Shown: positions 18,675 to 30,549 of the stretch, piece by piece
Layout: every line of letters begins with the position of its first letter
Numbering within the stretch: position 1 is the first letter of the stretch
Source of the DNA: a bacterium
GTDB lineage: Bacteria; Bacillota_I; Bacilli_A; RF39; UBA660
NCBI GenBank assembly: GCA_030525085.1
Contig: JAUNFK010000002.1
Location: 123-64,122, forward strand
Length of the DNA stretch: 64,000 nucleotides
Direction of reading: 5' to 3'
Made by a program: the position numbers and the translations under genes
The notes under the pieces: generated by a model
The model's database searches: none
The model's input: the letters and a program-made list of their open reading frames with translations, nothing else
What the model was told of the DNA's origin: nothing

Positions 18675-19345
18675 TCGGTCTTATTTTTAATTTTATAAAT
18701 GCAAGAATCTTCTTTAGTATTTAAACTTAGAATTATTTCATTATTTAATTCACTTTTAATTGTACTATTAAATAAGGTATAAGTGTATTCATATGGACTT
18801 TCATATGTGTAATACTCTTTAAGGTGTCTTGCTTTAGATATTGGTAATGATGCTTCAAGTGGAACTATACCTGTAGTATGAATAATAAATTCTAAGGTAA
18901 TGATTTCATCTTTTGGTGGTTCTTGCACCACTATATAGTGCCCGTGTTTTATTTCGGTACATTCGTCATAAAAATCCACATTTGTTGGAAATAAGATTTG
19001 TAATAGATAAACAAATAATTTACTTTTATCAGGATGTATATTTAGCATCTCATAATCTGCACTTAAATACTTAGAAATATTGGAGTTTACATGCACTATC
19101 ATATTACGAGGATGAAATGAAACTTTAGGTTCTATATTTTCTTTTTCATAATGAAGCAATGTTCTTTCTATTTCTTCGTAGTCTTTTGTTGTGTATTTTT
19201 TTATACTTTCTAATTCTATGTATCTTCCCTTTTTTGAAGGAAAAGAAAAATAAATGGAATTATCTTTACCAAAAACAATATTTAGAAGTTTATATTTTTT
19301 TCCATCTTTTTCAAATAGTATCGGTGTTACCAAACTTTTACTCAT
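18671..19345 (-). CDS. hypothetical protein
   Basis: Overlaps tagO by 4 nt (ATGA) and is therefore likely co-transcribed with it. No recognisable motifs. Confidence 0.35.
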   Translation of the reverse strand: MSKSLVTPILFEKDGKKYKLLNIVFGKDNSIYFSFPSKKGRYIELESIKKYTTKDYEEIERTLLHYEKENIEPKVSFHPRNMIVHVNSNISKYLSADYEMLNIHPDKSKLFVYLLQILFPTNVDFYDECTEIKHGHYIVVQEPPKDEIITLEFIIHTTGIVPLEASLPISKARHLKEYYTYESPYEYTYTLFNSTIKSELNNEIILSLNTKEDSCIYKIKNKTE

Positions 19346-20427
19346 TTTTTATTTTTTTCCTTTTTATCATGCATAAAGAGAATGTCTGTTTTTAAGATTA
19401 GAGTTATTAATACTATTAATAAAATGATATAAAGGACTATTGCTTGATGATTGTCTCCTAGAGCATAGAATACTGATATAGAAGCACATAAGGCATCTAT
19501 TGCGTACATTATTAGAACTGTTTTCTTTGTTGATTTATTTAGTTTTAATAACTGGTGATGAATATGCTCTTTATCTGGAGCCCCAATATTTCCACCTTTA
19601 AGTAATCTTCTAAAGATTGCTAGAATTGTATCTATGATTGGTAGAAATAATATTAGTAGCGGAACAATTAAAGATGTTACTGTCGCAGCTTTAAATCCTA
19701 AAAGGGATATTACTGCTATCATGAATCCTAAGAATGTACTTCCAGTGTCCCCCATAAAAATAGATGCGGGATTAAAATTATATACTAGAAATCCTAAGGT
19801 CGCTCCTAGCATGATTAAACAAAGTGTTACATCTAGACCATTTAGTCTATTTAGGAAGTATGCAATTATTGCGATTGTTAAAAAGTATATTGAGCTAGTT
19901 CCTGCTGCTAATCCATCTAATCCATCTATTAGGTTTATAGCATTCATGATTGCTGTGATAAAGATAATAGTTATTGGCTGGCTTACAGCTCCAAATGAAA
20001 TATTTAGGCCAAATGCACTTAACTCTGAAATATAGATATTTCCATAGTAAACAACAACAGCAGAAGCTATAAGTTGTACAACAAATTTATATTTTGCGGG
20101 TATAGGTTTTATATCATCAAATATGCCTAAAAGAATAATAATGAAGCCACCAATTAGAATTGAGTTCATTTGAACTGTTGACTCGGCAAAAAAGATGTAT
20201 CCAATAAGAAATGATATAAATATTGCTAAGCCTCCTAATCTTGGCATTGGCTTTTTATGTACTTTTCTTTCATTAGGATAGTCTATTGCACCTACATGCT
20301 CTGCTATTTTTTTTACGATTGGTACAAGAATAACACTTGATATGAATGTTACAAGTAATATTATTAGAATACTGTTTCCATTAACTGCATATTTCATTTG
20401 ATCACTTCCATTAATATTATTATACAC
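19342..20427 (-). CDS. tagO: undecaprenyl-phosphate N-acetylhexosamine-1-phosphate transferase (MraY/WecA family)
   Basis: PNERKVHKKPMPRLGGLAIF, a polytopic membrane protein with the DDxxD-like loop IFDDIKPI. Confidence 0.8.
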   Translation of the reverse strand: MYNNINGSDQMKYAVNGNSILIILLVTFISSVILVPIVKKIAEHVGAIDYPNERKVHKKPMPRLGGLAIFISFLIGYIFFAESTVQMNSILIGGFIIILLGIFDDIKPIPAKYKFVVQLIASAVVVYYGNIYISELSAFGLNISFGAVSQPITIIFITAIMNAINLIDGLDGLAAGTSSIYFLTIAIIAYFLNRLNGLDVTLCLIMLGATLGFLVYNFNPASIFMGDTGSTFLGFMIAVISLLGFKAATVTSLIVPLLILFLPIIDTILAIFRRLLKGGNIGAPDKEHIHHQLLKLNKSTKKTVLIMYAIDALCASISVFYALGDNHQAIVLYIILLIVLITLILKTDILFMHDKKEKNKK

Positions 20428-20452
20428 TACTCTTTCTTAAATAAAAAGAAAT

Positions 20453-21175
20453 TTAGTAGGTAATGTCTACTAAATATAATCCATTTGCTGGTACTGTTGT
20501 GTATCCACTTGTATTTTTTTCTTTTTCTAGCATTTCTTTGATGCTTTCTTTAGATGCTTTATTTTCTCCTATTTTTATAAGGGCTCCAGTTAAGTTTCTA
20601 ACCATATATCTGTAAAAGCTTTTGCCAGTATATGTTATTACGAGGATATCTTTCTTTTTTGTAAATTTTATTTTATATATAACACTGTTATAATTTTCTC
20701 TTTCGCCACTAGTAAATGCTCTATAAGAATGAAAACCAAGTAAATATTTTGCAGCTTTTTTCATTTCTTTTATATTTAAGTCATGACAGTAATTATACAA
20801 ATAGTCATTATCTAGAGCATCAAATTCACCCATATTAATAACATACTGATATGTTTTAGTTACAACATTGAATCTTGCATGAAAATCATCGCTTACTTTT
20901 TCACAGTAATTTACGTGGATATATGGTTCAACTAGTGAGTTTATTGCGTTTGTTAATCTTTCTTCTGGAATTGTGATGTTTAGATCAAAATGAATCATTT
21001 GATTGTATGCGTGAACCCCACGGTCAGTTCTTCCAGCCCCTTTAACAACTACTATATTTTTGTTTATTTTTGTAAGAGCTTTTTCAAGAGTTTCTTGGAC
21101 ACTTTGTTTATTTTTTAATCTTTGAAATCCATAGAATTTACTTCCGTCATAGCTTATGCTTGCTTTATATCTCAT
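20453..21175 (-). CDS. truA: tRNA pseudouridine(38-40) synthase
   Basis: MRYKASISYDGSKFYGFQ...GAGRTDRGVHA, the catalytic Asp motif. Confidence 0.85.
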   Translation of the reverse strand: MRYKASISYDGSKFYGFQRLKNKQSVQETLEKALTKINKNIVVVKGAGRTDRGVHAYNQMIHFDLNITIPEERLTNAINSLVEPYIHVNYCEKVSDDFHARFNVVTKTYQYVINMGEFDALDNDYLYNYCHDLNIKEMKKAAKYLLGFHSYRAFTSGERENYNSVIYKIKFTKKKDILVITYTGKSFYRYMVRNLTGALIKIGENKASKESIKEMLEKEKNTSGYTTVPANGLYLVDITY

Positions 21176-21786
21176 TAAAATACACTCCTATAGATGGCTT
21201 TTAATAGTTCCTTGGTTTCTAAGTAGTAATCTAAATTGGCATCCTTTTCTTTGTTTGCTTCGTCAATAAAATTAATTATTTCGTTTTTAGGAATAAATCC
21301 TGCTTTAATTCCATTTATAATTGTTCCCTGGTATTTGATAATTTGATTTTTCATTACTATTATGTCTTTGCTTATATTATTTAAAAATACTGTGTTGTTG
21401 CTTATTATTATAAATTTTATTTGTTTTTCGGCATTTATTAGTCTAATAAAGTTTAAAAATTTATTTTTGTATTTTTCACAGATACAGAAATCTATATTAT
21501 AAAGAATTATTACTTTAGGATTTTTATTTATTGTACTAAGTAATTTTGTACACATTAATTCATATGAGCTAAGGTTTTCTATTTTTTTCTTGCTAATGTC
21601 GTCAAGTTTTAAGTTTTTAAAATATTCAATATTTTTTATATACGATTTTACTTTTTTAGTTGGTTTTAAAATTATTTTGTTAATATTTGGAGATAATATT
21701 TCAAGGTCATTTACCTCTCCAATGAAAGAGATAAAATTTTTATTTGATAGAATTATGTTATCTTCATTTAAATACATTATTTCCAT
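21175..21786 (-). CDS. degenerate ABC-ATPase-like protein with no Walker A
   Basis: Retains a signature-like and Walker-B-like stretch (LSSYELMCTKLL...KVIILYNIDFCI) but has no P-loop. Sits where ecfA2 sits in ecfA-ecfA-ecfT-truA operons. Confidence 0.4.
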   Translation of the reverse strand: MEIMYLNEDNIILSNKNFISFIGEVNDLEILSPNINKIILKPTKKVKSYIKNIEYFKNLKLDDISKKKIENLSSYELMCTKLLSTINKNPKVIILYNIDFCICEKYKNKFLNFIRLINAEKQIKFIIISNNTVFLNNISKDIIVMKNQIIKYQGTIINGIKAGFIPKNEIINFIDEANKEKDANLDYYLETKELLKAIYRSVF

Positions 21787-22538
21787 ATTTCACCTATTAG
21801 TGTTTTTTCATCATAACAGTTATTTTTTAGTAAATCGTAATAATTTAAACCGTTGCTAAGTTCAATTATAAATGGAGGTTTCATTCCATACTTGTTTATT
21901 AATTTTTCGTCTTTTAAAAGAATTTCAGTTTTTCCGTAATCTTCTACTTTGTGATTATCTATTATTAGAATGTAGTTACCAAGTAATAATTCTTCTTTAT
22001 TGTTTGTGACATTTAATATTGTTATATTATTTTCTTTTGCATATTTTACAATTTTCATTTTGTCTTCTAGTGGAAGATATGTTAATAGATTATCTATTCC
22101 TAAGATACTTGGATTAATAATTAATAATGATAATATTTTTATAAGGGCTTTTTCTCTTGACGTAAGTAAATTAATTTTTGATACTAGTAATTCCTCAATA
22201 CCAAAATATTTAGCCATGTTTTTTATTTTTTCTGTTGATAGTTCTCTGTTAATAGCGAGTTTGTCTTGATAGTAAATTAGTTCTTCTTCTGCGTATTCTG
22301 TATTAAATTTGTGGTCATCAAAAACTGCTGCAATATTTTTTTGCAGATAGTTCAGTGGTAATGTTTTTATATTTTGACCGTCAATTATTATTTCGTTTGA
22401 TTCTACTTTATTTATTAGCATTTTAAGAAGATATGTTTTTCCAGAAGATGGTAAGCCAATTATATTTATAAAGCCATCTATTTTAATATTAAGATTATAT
22501 TCGTGTATTTCTAATTTTTCCATCAGATATTCCCCCAT
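21777..22538 (-). CDS. degenerate ABC ATPase-like protein, probably a non-catalytic EcfA-like remnant
   Basis: Walker A GLPSSGKT is present. The signature is replaced by LTSREK, Walker B is ILGIDN (no catalytic Glu) and there is no H-loop His. Confidence 0.45.
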   Translation of the reverse strand: MGEYLMEKLEIHEYNLNIKIDGFINIIGLPSSGKTYLLKMLINKVESNEIIIDGQNIKTLPLNYLQKNIAAVFDDHKFNTEYAEEELIYYQDKLAINRELSTEKIKNMAKYFGIEELLVSKINLLTSREKALIKILSLLIINPSILGIDNLLTYLPLEDKMKIVKYAKENNITILNVTNNKEELLLGNYILIIDNHKVEDYGKTEILLKDEKLINKYGMKPPFIIELSNGLNYYDLLKNNCYDEKTLIGEIWK

Positions 22539-22606
22539 CCATTATAATTATTATAACATAGCATTTTTCATATTCAATAATTTAATAAAAAAAATTAGCA
22601 AATTTG

Positions 22607-23824
22607 CTAATTTGATAGGAATTGTGTTGCAGCATTTAGCTGTGTATCTTCAACAACTTGGTTTTCTTCTGTAGCTTCTGGAAGGCTATTTTCGATGTCT
22701 GGCGTTAGTCCAATTCCATCTATGCAGTTACCTTCTGGAGTAAGCCATCTTGCTGTGGTATATTTTATCATTGAACCATCACTAAGATTTGATGTTTGTT
22801 GTACTTTTCCTTTACCATATGATTTTGTTCCAACAAGTGTGGCGTTATAACTGTATTTTAATGCAGAAGCTAATACTTCTGAGGCTGATGCTGAGCTTTC
22901 ATTCATTAGGATGGCAACTTTATATGTGCGGTGCTCTTCAGTTTCATCTTTAGTAACTTCTGTTTTAGTTTTGTTTTCTAATGAATAAATTGTTTTTCCT
23001 TTTTCAATAAATAGTTCAGCAATTTTAGTAGCTTCATTTAAATAACCCCCTGTGTTATTTCTGACATCAATAATAAGTGAGTCAATTTTAGAGGCCTCTA
23101 ACTTTTGAAGTTCTTTATTAAATTGTTCATAAGCTGTGTCTGAGAACTTTGTTAATTCTATGTAACCAATATTTTTTTCATTTTGTTGAATTATTTTACT
23201 TGATACTGCTGGATTATAAAGTGTTTTCCTTGTTACATTAAAGGTTAACTCTTCTTCTCCTCTTTTTACAGTTATTTTAACGTTTGAATCTTTGCTTTCT
23301 TTTATTAGGGCTCCTAGGGATGAAGATGTTTGGCCATCTGTAGCTTCATCATTTATTTTTATAATTTTATCTCCTGGCATAATTCCAGCTTCTTTGGCTG
23401 GTGTATCGTCATACACAGTAGTAATTTCGAATTCATCATTTTCTGTTTTAGTTATTAGTACACCTATGCCTTCATATGTTCCTGTCAGTGATGATGTTAG
23501 ATATGATTTACTACTTTCATTAAGGTATGTTGTATATGGATCACCTAAATAATTTAGCATTCCTTTGATAGCAGCATCTACTAGAGCTGCTTCATCTATG
23601 TTATCATAGTAGTTATCTAATATTTGATTGTATGATTTAACAAATTCTTGTAAGTTTTTATTATTAGATGTATTTTGTTTGCCATTATTTATATTACGGT
23701 ATGCTATATAACCGGTACCAAGACTCATTATTAATGAAGAAATTATGGAAATAACAATTACTTCCCAAAGTTTAAATGTTGGTTTTTTGCTTTCTTTTTT
23801 CATACGACTCTCCATAATAATCAT
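22607..23824 (-). CDS. S41 family carboxyl-terminal processing peptidase with PDZ domain
   Basis: N-terminal TM, PDZ region GDKIIKINDEATDG and the S41 catalytic region ILMNESSASASEVLASALK...YGKGKVQ. Confidence 0.8.
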   Translation of the reverse strand: MIIMESRMKKESKKPTFKLWEVIVISIISSLIMSLGTGYIAYRNINNGKQNTSNNKNLQEFVKSYNQILDNYYDNIDEAALVDAAIKGMLNYLGDPYTTYLNESSKSYLTSSLTGTYEGIGVLITKTENDEFEITTVYDDTPAKEAGIMPGDKIIKINDEATDGQTSSSLGALIKESKDSNVKITVKRGEEELTFNVTRKTLYNPAVSSKIIQQNEKNIGYIELTKFSDTAYEQFNKELQKLEASKIDSLIIDVRNNTGGYLNEATKIAELFIEKGKTIYSLENKTKTEVTKDETEEHRTYKVAILMNESSASASEVLASALKYSYNATLVGTKSYGKGKVQQTSNLSDGSMIKYTTARWLTPEGNCIDGIGLTPDIENSLPEATEENQVVEDTQLNAATQFLSN

Positions 23825-23869
23825 ATCATAGTTTTTATATTTTTAGTTATAAAAAATAGACTTTTACGT

Positions 23870-24352
23870 CTATTTTAATACTTTGTCATAGTTTTCAGTA
23901 TATGCTGATGTAACCTTGCCGTTTTTAATTAAGTATAGGGCACTTCCATTTACTTTTACATCTTCGCTATTAGCTGGTTTTTTGTTTGTTGTGTCAGCTT
24001 CTGCAATTTTGTTTAAACCATCTTTTAAATCAATGTAATATAGTTTTTTAGCTTCATCTTTTGCTCTATATGTTTTAACTATGTTATTGTATGTTGCTGC
24101 GTTATCATCATCGCTTTTGTAGATAAATACATAATATTCATCGTAAGGACGATTAAACATAGTTCCTATAGTTGCTTCATCATAGTTAAATGATACTTCA
24201 GTAGTATTTTCATTTTCTTTTTTATTTAATACTTTTTCGGTAAGAAAATATAAACCGGTTGCAATTAGTGCGATTACTAATGTGATAATAATTAAATTTC
24301 TAATTTCACTTGTATCTTCACTTTGATAATTTTTTAATTTTTTTTGTTTCAT
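23870..24352 (-). CDS. hypothetical membrane-anchored protein
   Basis: Single N-terminal TM (LIIITLVIALIATGLYF). No motifs. Confidence 0.35.
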   Translation of the reverse strand: MKQKKLKNYQSEDTSEIRNLIIITLVIALIATGLYFLTEKVLNKKENENTTEVSFNYDEATIGTMFNRPYDEYYVFIYKSDDDNAATYNNIVKTYRAKDEAKKLYYIDLKDGLNKIAEADTTNKKPANSEDVKVNGSALYLIKNGKVTSAYTENYDKVLK

Positions 24353-24395
24353 CTAAACCACCTTGCATATATTATATCACAAGATTAATAAAAAA

Positions 24396-24424
24396 GAAGC
24401 CTTTTTATCTAGGCTTCTCAAATA
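24396..24424 (-). terminator. intrinsic terminator downstream of the YihY gene
   Basis: On the minus strand, GAAGCCTAGATAAAAAGGCTTC followed by TTTTTT. Confidence 0.55.
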
Positions 24425-24513
24425 TTACTCCACGATATCGTTAATTCTTTTGAATTAGATTGATATTATGATGTAACTGTGCACTAAGTAATATTCGTGT
24501 GCACATTATTATT

Positions 24514-25386
24514 TTAGTCATTACTGTTAATATTAATTCTGCCAGTTTTTTCCATTTCATCATTATCGAATTTTGCTGTTAAACTTAAACCAATAACTAG
24601 GATGTAACTTAGGAAATATACCCAAAGCATTAATACAGCTATGTTTGATAGTCCTGCATAAAAGATGTCATATCTAGCAAAGTGAGATATATAATAACTA
24701 TATACTTCTGTTGTAAGAATCCATCCTGCTGCAGTAAAGATTGCACCTAAATTTATTCTTGATGCTGGAATGCTTTTGTTTGGTGCCATTGTAAATATTA
24801 CTTTAATAAATACAAAGATGATTAACCATGAAATTGGTCCTTGCATAATTTCAAGAATACTTGTGATTACTGACTTTATGTGAAAGTAATCTATAGCATC
24901 AATTATTTTTTCACCAAATACTGGTACTAATAAAATAAATAAATATAGAACTACTATTAAAAGTGTCATAAAGATTGCTTTTATTCTTCTTTTAATCCAT
25001 GAGGTTTGTTTACATCCATATATTTCGTTAGCACTAAATATTATTGAATCTGCTGCATTTGATGATAGGTATGACATTGTAATTATAATCATTAATAGTT
25101 TCGCATCGATTGTTTTACCGTCTATGATTGGTACAATCATTTTTACTATATTGTCACTAAAATTAGTTTTTACCAATTCAATAATGGAATCTATGGAAAT
25201 ATTAAATAGTGAGGCTCCATAGCCTATTAAGGTTACTATTGGTACTAGTGATAGTATTAAAAAGAATGCTATCTGACCAGGTAGGGCCATCATGTATGGT
25301 TTGTTTAATATTATCCAAACATCTTTCAAGAACTTTTTAAAACCATTTTTTCTCTTTTCGATTTTGGTATTAATTTTCTTTTTCAT
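24514..25386 (-). CDS. YihY/BrkB family membrane protein
   Basis: FLKDVWIILNKPYMMALPGQIAFFLILSLVP N-terminal signature and six TM segments. Start trimmed to an internal Met to limit overlap with the upstream gene. Confidence 0.65.
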   Translation of the reverse strand: MKKKINTKIEKRKNGFKKFLKDVWIILNKPYMMALPGQIAFFLILSLVPIVTLIGYGASLFNISIDSIIELVKTNFSDNIVKMIVPIIDGKTIDAKLLMIIITMSYLSSNAADSIIFSANEIYGCKQTSWIKRRIKAIFMTLLIVVLYLFILLVPVFGEKIIDAIDYFHIKSVITSILEIMQGPISWLIIFVFIKVIFTMAPNKSIPASRINLGAIFTAAGWILTTEVYSYYISHFARYDIFYAGLSNIAVLMLWVYFLSYILVIGLSLTAKFDNDEMEKTGRININSND

Positions 25387-27391
25387 TTGCCTCAATCGCT
25401 TCTTTGTTTTCACGCATTTGAATGCTTGCTTCGTTGATAGCATCATCAAGTAATTTTAAGTCATCAACTATCATACTGAAACCAATTGCTGCGCTATAAT
25501 CGTATGGTAATGTTTTAAATTCTTTAACTAATTTTTTAATATAATTTATAACTTGTTTTTCATTGTATCCAACTAAGTATACCATGAATTCATTACCATC
25601 TGTTCTCATGATTTCTGAGTTATCAAGTTGTGTTTTTATTAAGCTCCCTGCAGCAGCTTTAATTTGTTTATCTCCTTCTTCATGACCAAATGTATCATTA
25701 ATATATTTTAAGTTATTTAAGTCAATTACTACGATGGCTTGTGGATATATTGTATTTTTATTCCATGCGGCCATTTTTTCATTTAGATAATTACGATTTT
25801 TTAAGCTTGTTAACATATCTATAAATTTTAATTTTTCATCTTTACGAATTTTGGTGTCTAGTTTAATATGTTTTTTTGAAGCTATTACTACACTTATGAT
25901 TATTACAGCTATTGATGTTCCTAGTAAAATATATTTTGCTATTACACCAGCTATATTTTCTTGTGTATTAGTTTGACTATAACTATTTAATCCTTCTGAT
26001 ATTATTTTGTTATCATCTAAGAATAATGCATAAGTACTAAATAGTTTGTAGAATGCATCATCATTTGCTTGGTATCTAAATTCCATGTTATTTGGAATAT
26101 ATCCAGTGTAGTTTATAATGCTATCTTTAATATTTTTATTTTGATAGAAATGGTAAGCATTAGCGTCAATTGCTATTGTTTTACCTTTTTTATAAGCTTT
26201 TATTAAATTACTATTATTTTTAACTTCATTAATTTTTACTTTGCTATCTAAGTAATTTGCTAACTTAGTACCTTTTACTACATATATTTCGTTTTCAACA
26301 TATGCTAAGTCTGATACTTTGTTACTATTTTCATAGTTATTAACAATATAATATTTATATGGTAAGTTGATTTTAATAGCATAATCATTAAGAGTTTCAT
26401 CTGTGTTGTTAATCATAAGATCAACGTCTTTATTATTATATGCTTTTATTAAACTACTGTCATTTTTATATTTTGTGTAAGTAAAATCTGTGTTTACGAA
26501 TTTGCTAAAATCAGTTAAGTATGCAAATAGGATACCGCCTGTTTTGTTTCCACTTAATGAAGTATATCCTGTATTTTCAGTAAATCCAATTTTGTATGTT
26601 TTGCTAGTTAACTTATCTGTATCTAATCCGCTTAAGCCTAACTTTTCAACAAATAAATTATATAGATTAGTATAGTATGATGATTCGTATTTTTCACCAT
26701 ACCAGATATTGTAGAATTTTTTTACGATGTTATTTAAAGTTTCATCAGTTCCAAAATGAATATAATAATATTTTTTTAGTTCTGGGAAGTGATAAGATAT
26801 AACATAATTTTTTGAGAGTATTTTATCAATGTATTCGTTTAGTGGTACTAGAGCAAAATCAATTGTTCCTTCTTCTAAGCCTTTATTTAATCCATCATCA
26901 TTTTCAAATGTAACATATGTGCTTGTAATTTTATATCCTTTTGAGATATAAGCGATGCCTTCATTTAAACCACCAATCTTTTTGCCATTTAAATCAGTTG
27001 GTTCATTTATTAATGCTTTATTCTTAGAAACAAGTACATAGTGATCAACAAATAGTAATAATCCTTCTTCTGGTTCAGTTTCGGATACTGTTAATCCAAG
27101 AGATGTATTTGTTTTATAGTCTGTTACATTTTTATTTATAGCTATACCATAGTTTTTTGATAATTCATCAAAGAATTCATTTACGATACCTTTTCCATCA
27201 GTACTAAATACATTTAAGTTGTTTGGAAGATTAATAGTAACTATACTCGATTTATTTTTATCTATCCACTCTTTTTCTTTGATACTTAATTGGTTATTGT
27301 TTCTAAATGAAGTAAAGTATATTATTATTGGGACGATTATTAATAATAAGATAACTGAAACAGTTACTATTATTTTAGTATTTTTTTTCAT
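25370..27391 (-). CDS. GGDEF-domain protein with N-terminal membrane-anchored extracytoplasmic sensor region; active-site motif degenerate (DGNEF)
   Basis: N-terminal TM, a long periplasmic-type domain, a second TM, then a GGDEF fold (VVIDLNNLKYINDTFGHEEGD...RTDGNEFMV) where the canonical GG[DE]EF reads DGNEF. Confidence 0.7.
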   Translation of the reverse strand: MKKNTKIIVTVSVILLLIIVPIIIYFTSFRNNNQLSIKEKEWIDKNKSSIVTINLPNNLNVFSTDGKGIVNEFFDELSKNYGIAINKNVTDYKTNTSLGLTVSETEPEEGLLLFVDHYVLVSKNKALINEPTDLNGKKIGGLNEGIAYISKGYKITSTYVTFENDDGLNKGLEEGTIDFALVPLNEYIDKILSKNYVISYHFPELKKYYYIHFGTDETLNNIVKKFYNIWYGEKYESSYYTNLYNLFVEKLGLSGLDTDKLTSKTYKIGFTENTGYTSLSGNKTGGILFAYLTDFSKFVNTDFTYTKYKNDSSLIKAYNNKDVDLMINNTDETLNDYAIKINLPYKYYIVNNYENSNKVSDLAYVENEIYVVKGTKLANYLDSKVKINEVKNNSNLIKAYKKGKTIAIDANAYHFYQNKNIKDSIINYTGYIPNNMEFRYQANDDAFYKLFSTYALFLDDNKIISEGLNSYSQTNTQENIAGVIAKYILLGTSIAVIIISVVIASKKHIKLDTKIRKDEKLKFIDMLTSLKNRNYLNEKMAAWNKNTIYPQAIVVIDLNNLKYINDTFGHEEGDKQIKAAAGSLIKTQLDNSEIMRTDGNEFMVYLVGYNEKQVINYIKKLVKEFKTLPYDYSAAIGFSMIVDDLKLLDDAINEASIQMRENKEAIEANEKEN

Positions 27392-27397
27392 AGTTTC

Positions 27398-27880
27398 CTA
27401 CTTTCTTTCACTTTGCTTTATCCATGATATTAATGTTGCATCACTCTTTTTGTAGCCCATTAGTGGGAAGAATTTTGCGTTATCATCTTCAGCAGTATTA
27501 GTGAAAATAAAATTAATATCGTAGAACTCTTTTTCTTCTGTACTAAGATATTCTAAAGCTTTAATTGCAATTGCTTGTGCATCTTCTGTAGTGCCAGTTT
27601 TTAATTCGATAGTTAAATAAATAATTTTGCCTTTTAAGTCGAAGGTTACTTTATTTATTTTTTCATCTTCTTTAATTTTTTCTTCTATTTCCTTTTGTTT
27701 AGTATCAGTTATTTTTACATTTTCTATACCATATAGTCTTTTTCCATAGACATCAGTTCTTGTTTGCTCAATAAAATAGTATACAAACGCTGATGCGATT
27801 AAGATAATGCATATGATACTAACAATCATTAGAATGCAATATATACGATTGTTTTCGTAGAACCCCTTTAATTTTTTCAT
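27398..27880 (-). CDS. hypothetical membrane-anchored protein
   Basis: Single TM (ILMIVSIICIILIASAFVYYF). Sits 7 nt upstream of the GGDEF gene, so likely co-transcribed. Confidence 0.35.
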   Translation of the reverse strand: MKKLKGFYENNRIYCILMIVSIICIILIASAFVYYFIEQTRTDVYGKRLYGIENVKITDTKQKEIEEKIKEDEKINKVTFDLKGKIIYLTIELKTGTTEDAQAIAIKALEYLSTEEKEFYDINFIFTNTAEDDNAKFFPLMGYKKSDATLISWIKQSERK

Positions 27881-27963
27881 AATCTTTCACCTCTTTAAGT
27901 ATCTTTATTATACTATATTAATATTTACTTTTCAATTTACCTTTTAAATAAAAGAAAAAGCTT

Positions 27964-29952
<1,989 letters not shown>

Positions 29953-29981
29953 TCAGAATTTACTATATTATTATAGTCTAT

Positions 29982-30500
29982 TTATTTATAATTATAAAGA
30001 AGTTCTTTTTCTTTTAAGTATCTTTTTAGAAAGTATTCATCTAAGTTATAAAGGTAGTTTGTTATATCATTAAAATCATATTTTTGTTGTTCTTTAAAGT
30101 TTGAAGCTAGTAGAAATTTTACGTATGAATTATTATCCGAATTTTTTCTTACTATGTAAATGTTGCCTTCATTAAGGTTTGTCCCACTTTTATTTGAAAA
30201 ATATAATAGATAAGGTTTTTCATTTGTTGTTTCTTTGATAAAATTCATAATATCTAAATCGTCATTTAGTTGTGATTCATTTTCGTTAATATTGTAGTCC
30301 ATTATAATTATTTTTGATTTTGTTTTAAATATTGTATAACTTCGAACATTTTGAGATTCATCTGAAAAATAGTTTAGTAATTCATATTCTTCATTTTCAT
30401 TAAAGAACTGTTTTAAGAGATTAATGATAAAGTATTTTGTATTTAAGTTATCCCATAGATACTTAATGGTAATCGGATTTAATAGTGAGATGTATTTCAT
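29982..30500 (-). CDS. hypothetical protein
   Basis: ORF between pcrA and ligA. No motifs. Confidence 0.35.
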   Translation of the reverse strand: MKYISLLNPITIKYLWDNLNTKYFIINLLKQFFNENEEYELLNYFSDESQNVRSYTIFKTKSKIIIMDYNINENESQLNDDLDIMNFIKETTNEKPYLLYFSNKSGTNLNEGNIYIVRKNSDNNSYVKFLLASNFKEQQKYDFNDITNYLYNLDEYFLKRYLKEKELLYNYK

Positions 30501-30549
30501 AGTACCTCCTATTTATATATGTTGTAAGTCTTTAGCTCGTTTCCTTTTT

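Noticed and set aside
24479-24504. Two GTGCAC palindromes 14 bp apart upstream of the YihY gene
   Set aside because: Short 6-bp palindromes. This could be an operator, but it is within what chance allows and lacks extended dyad symmetry.
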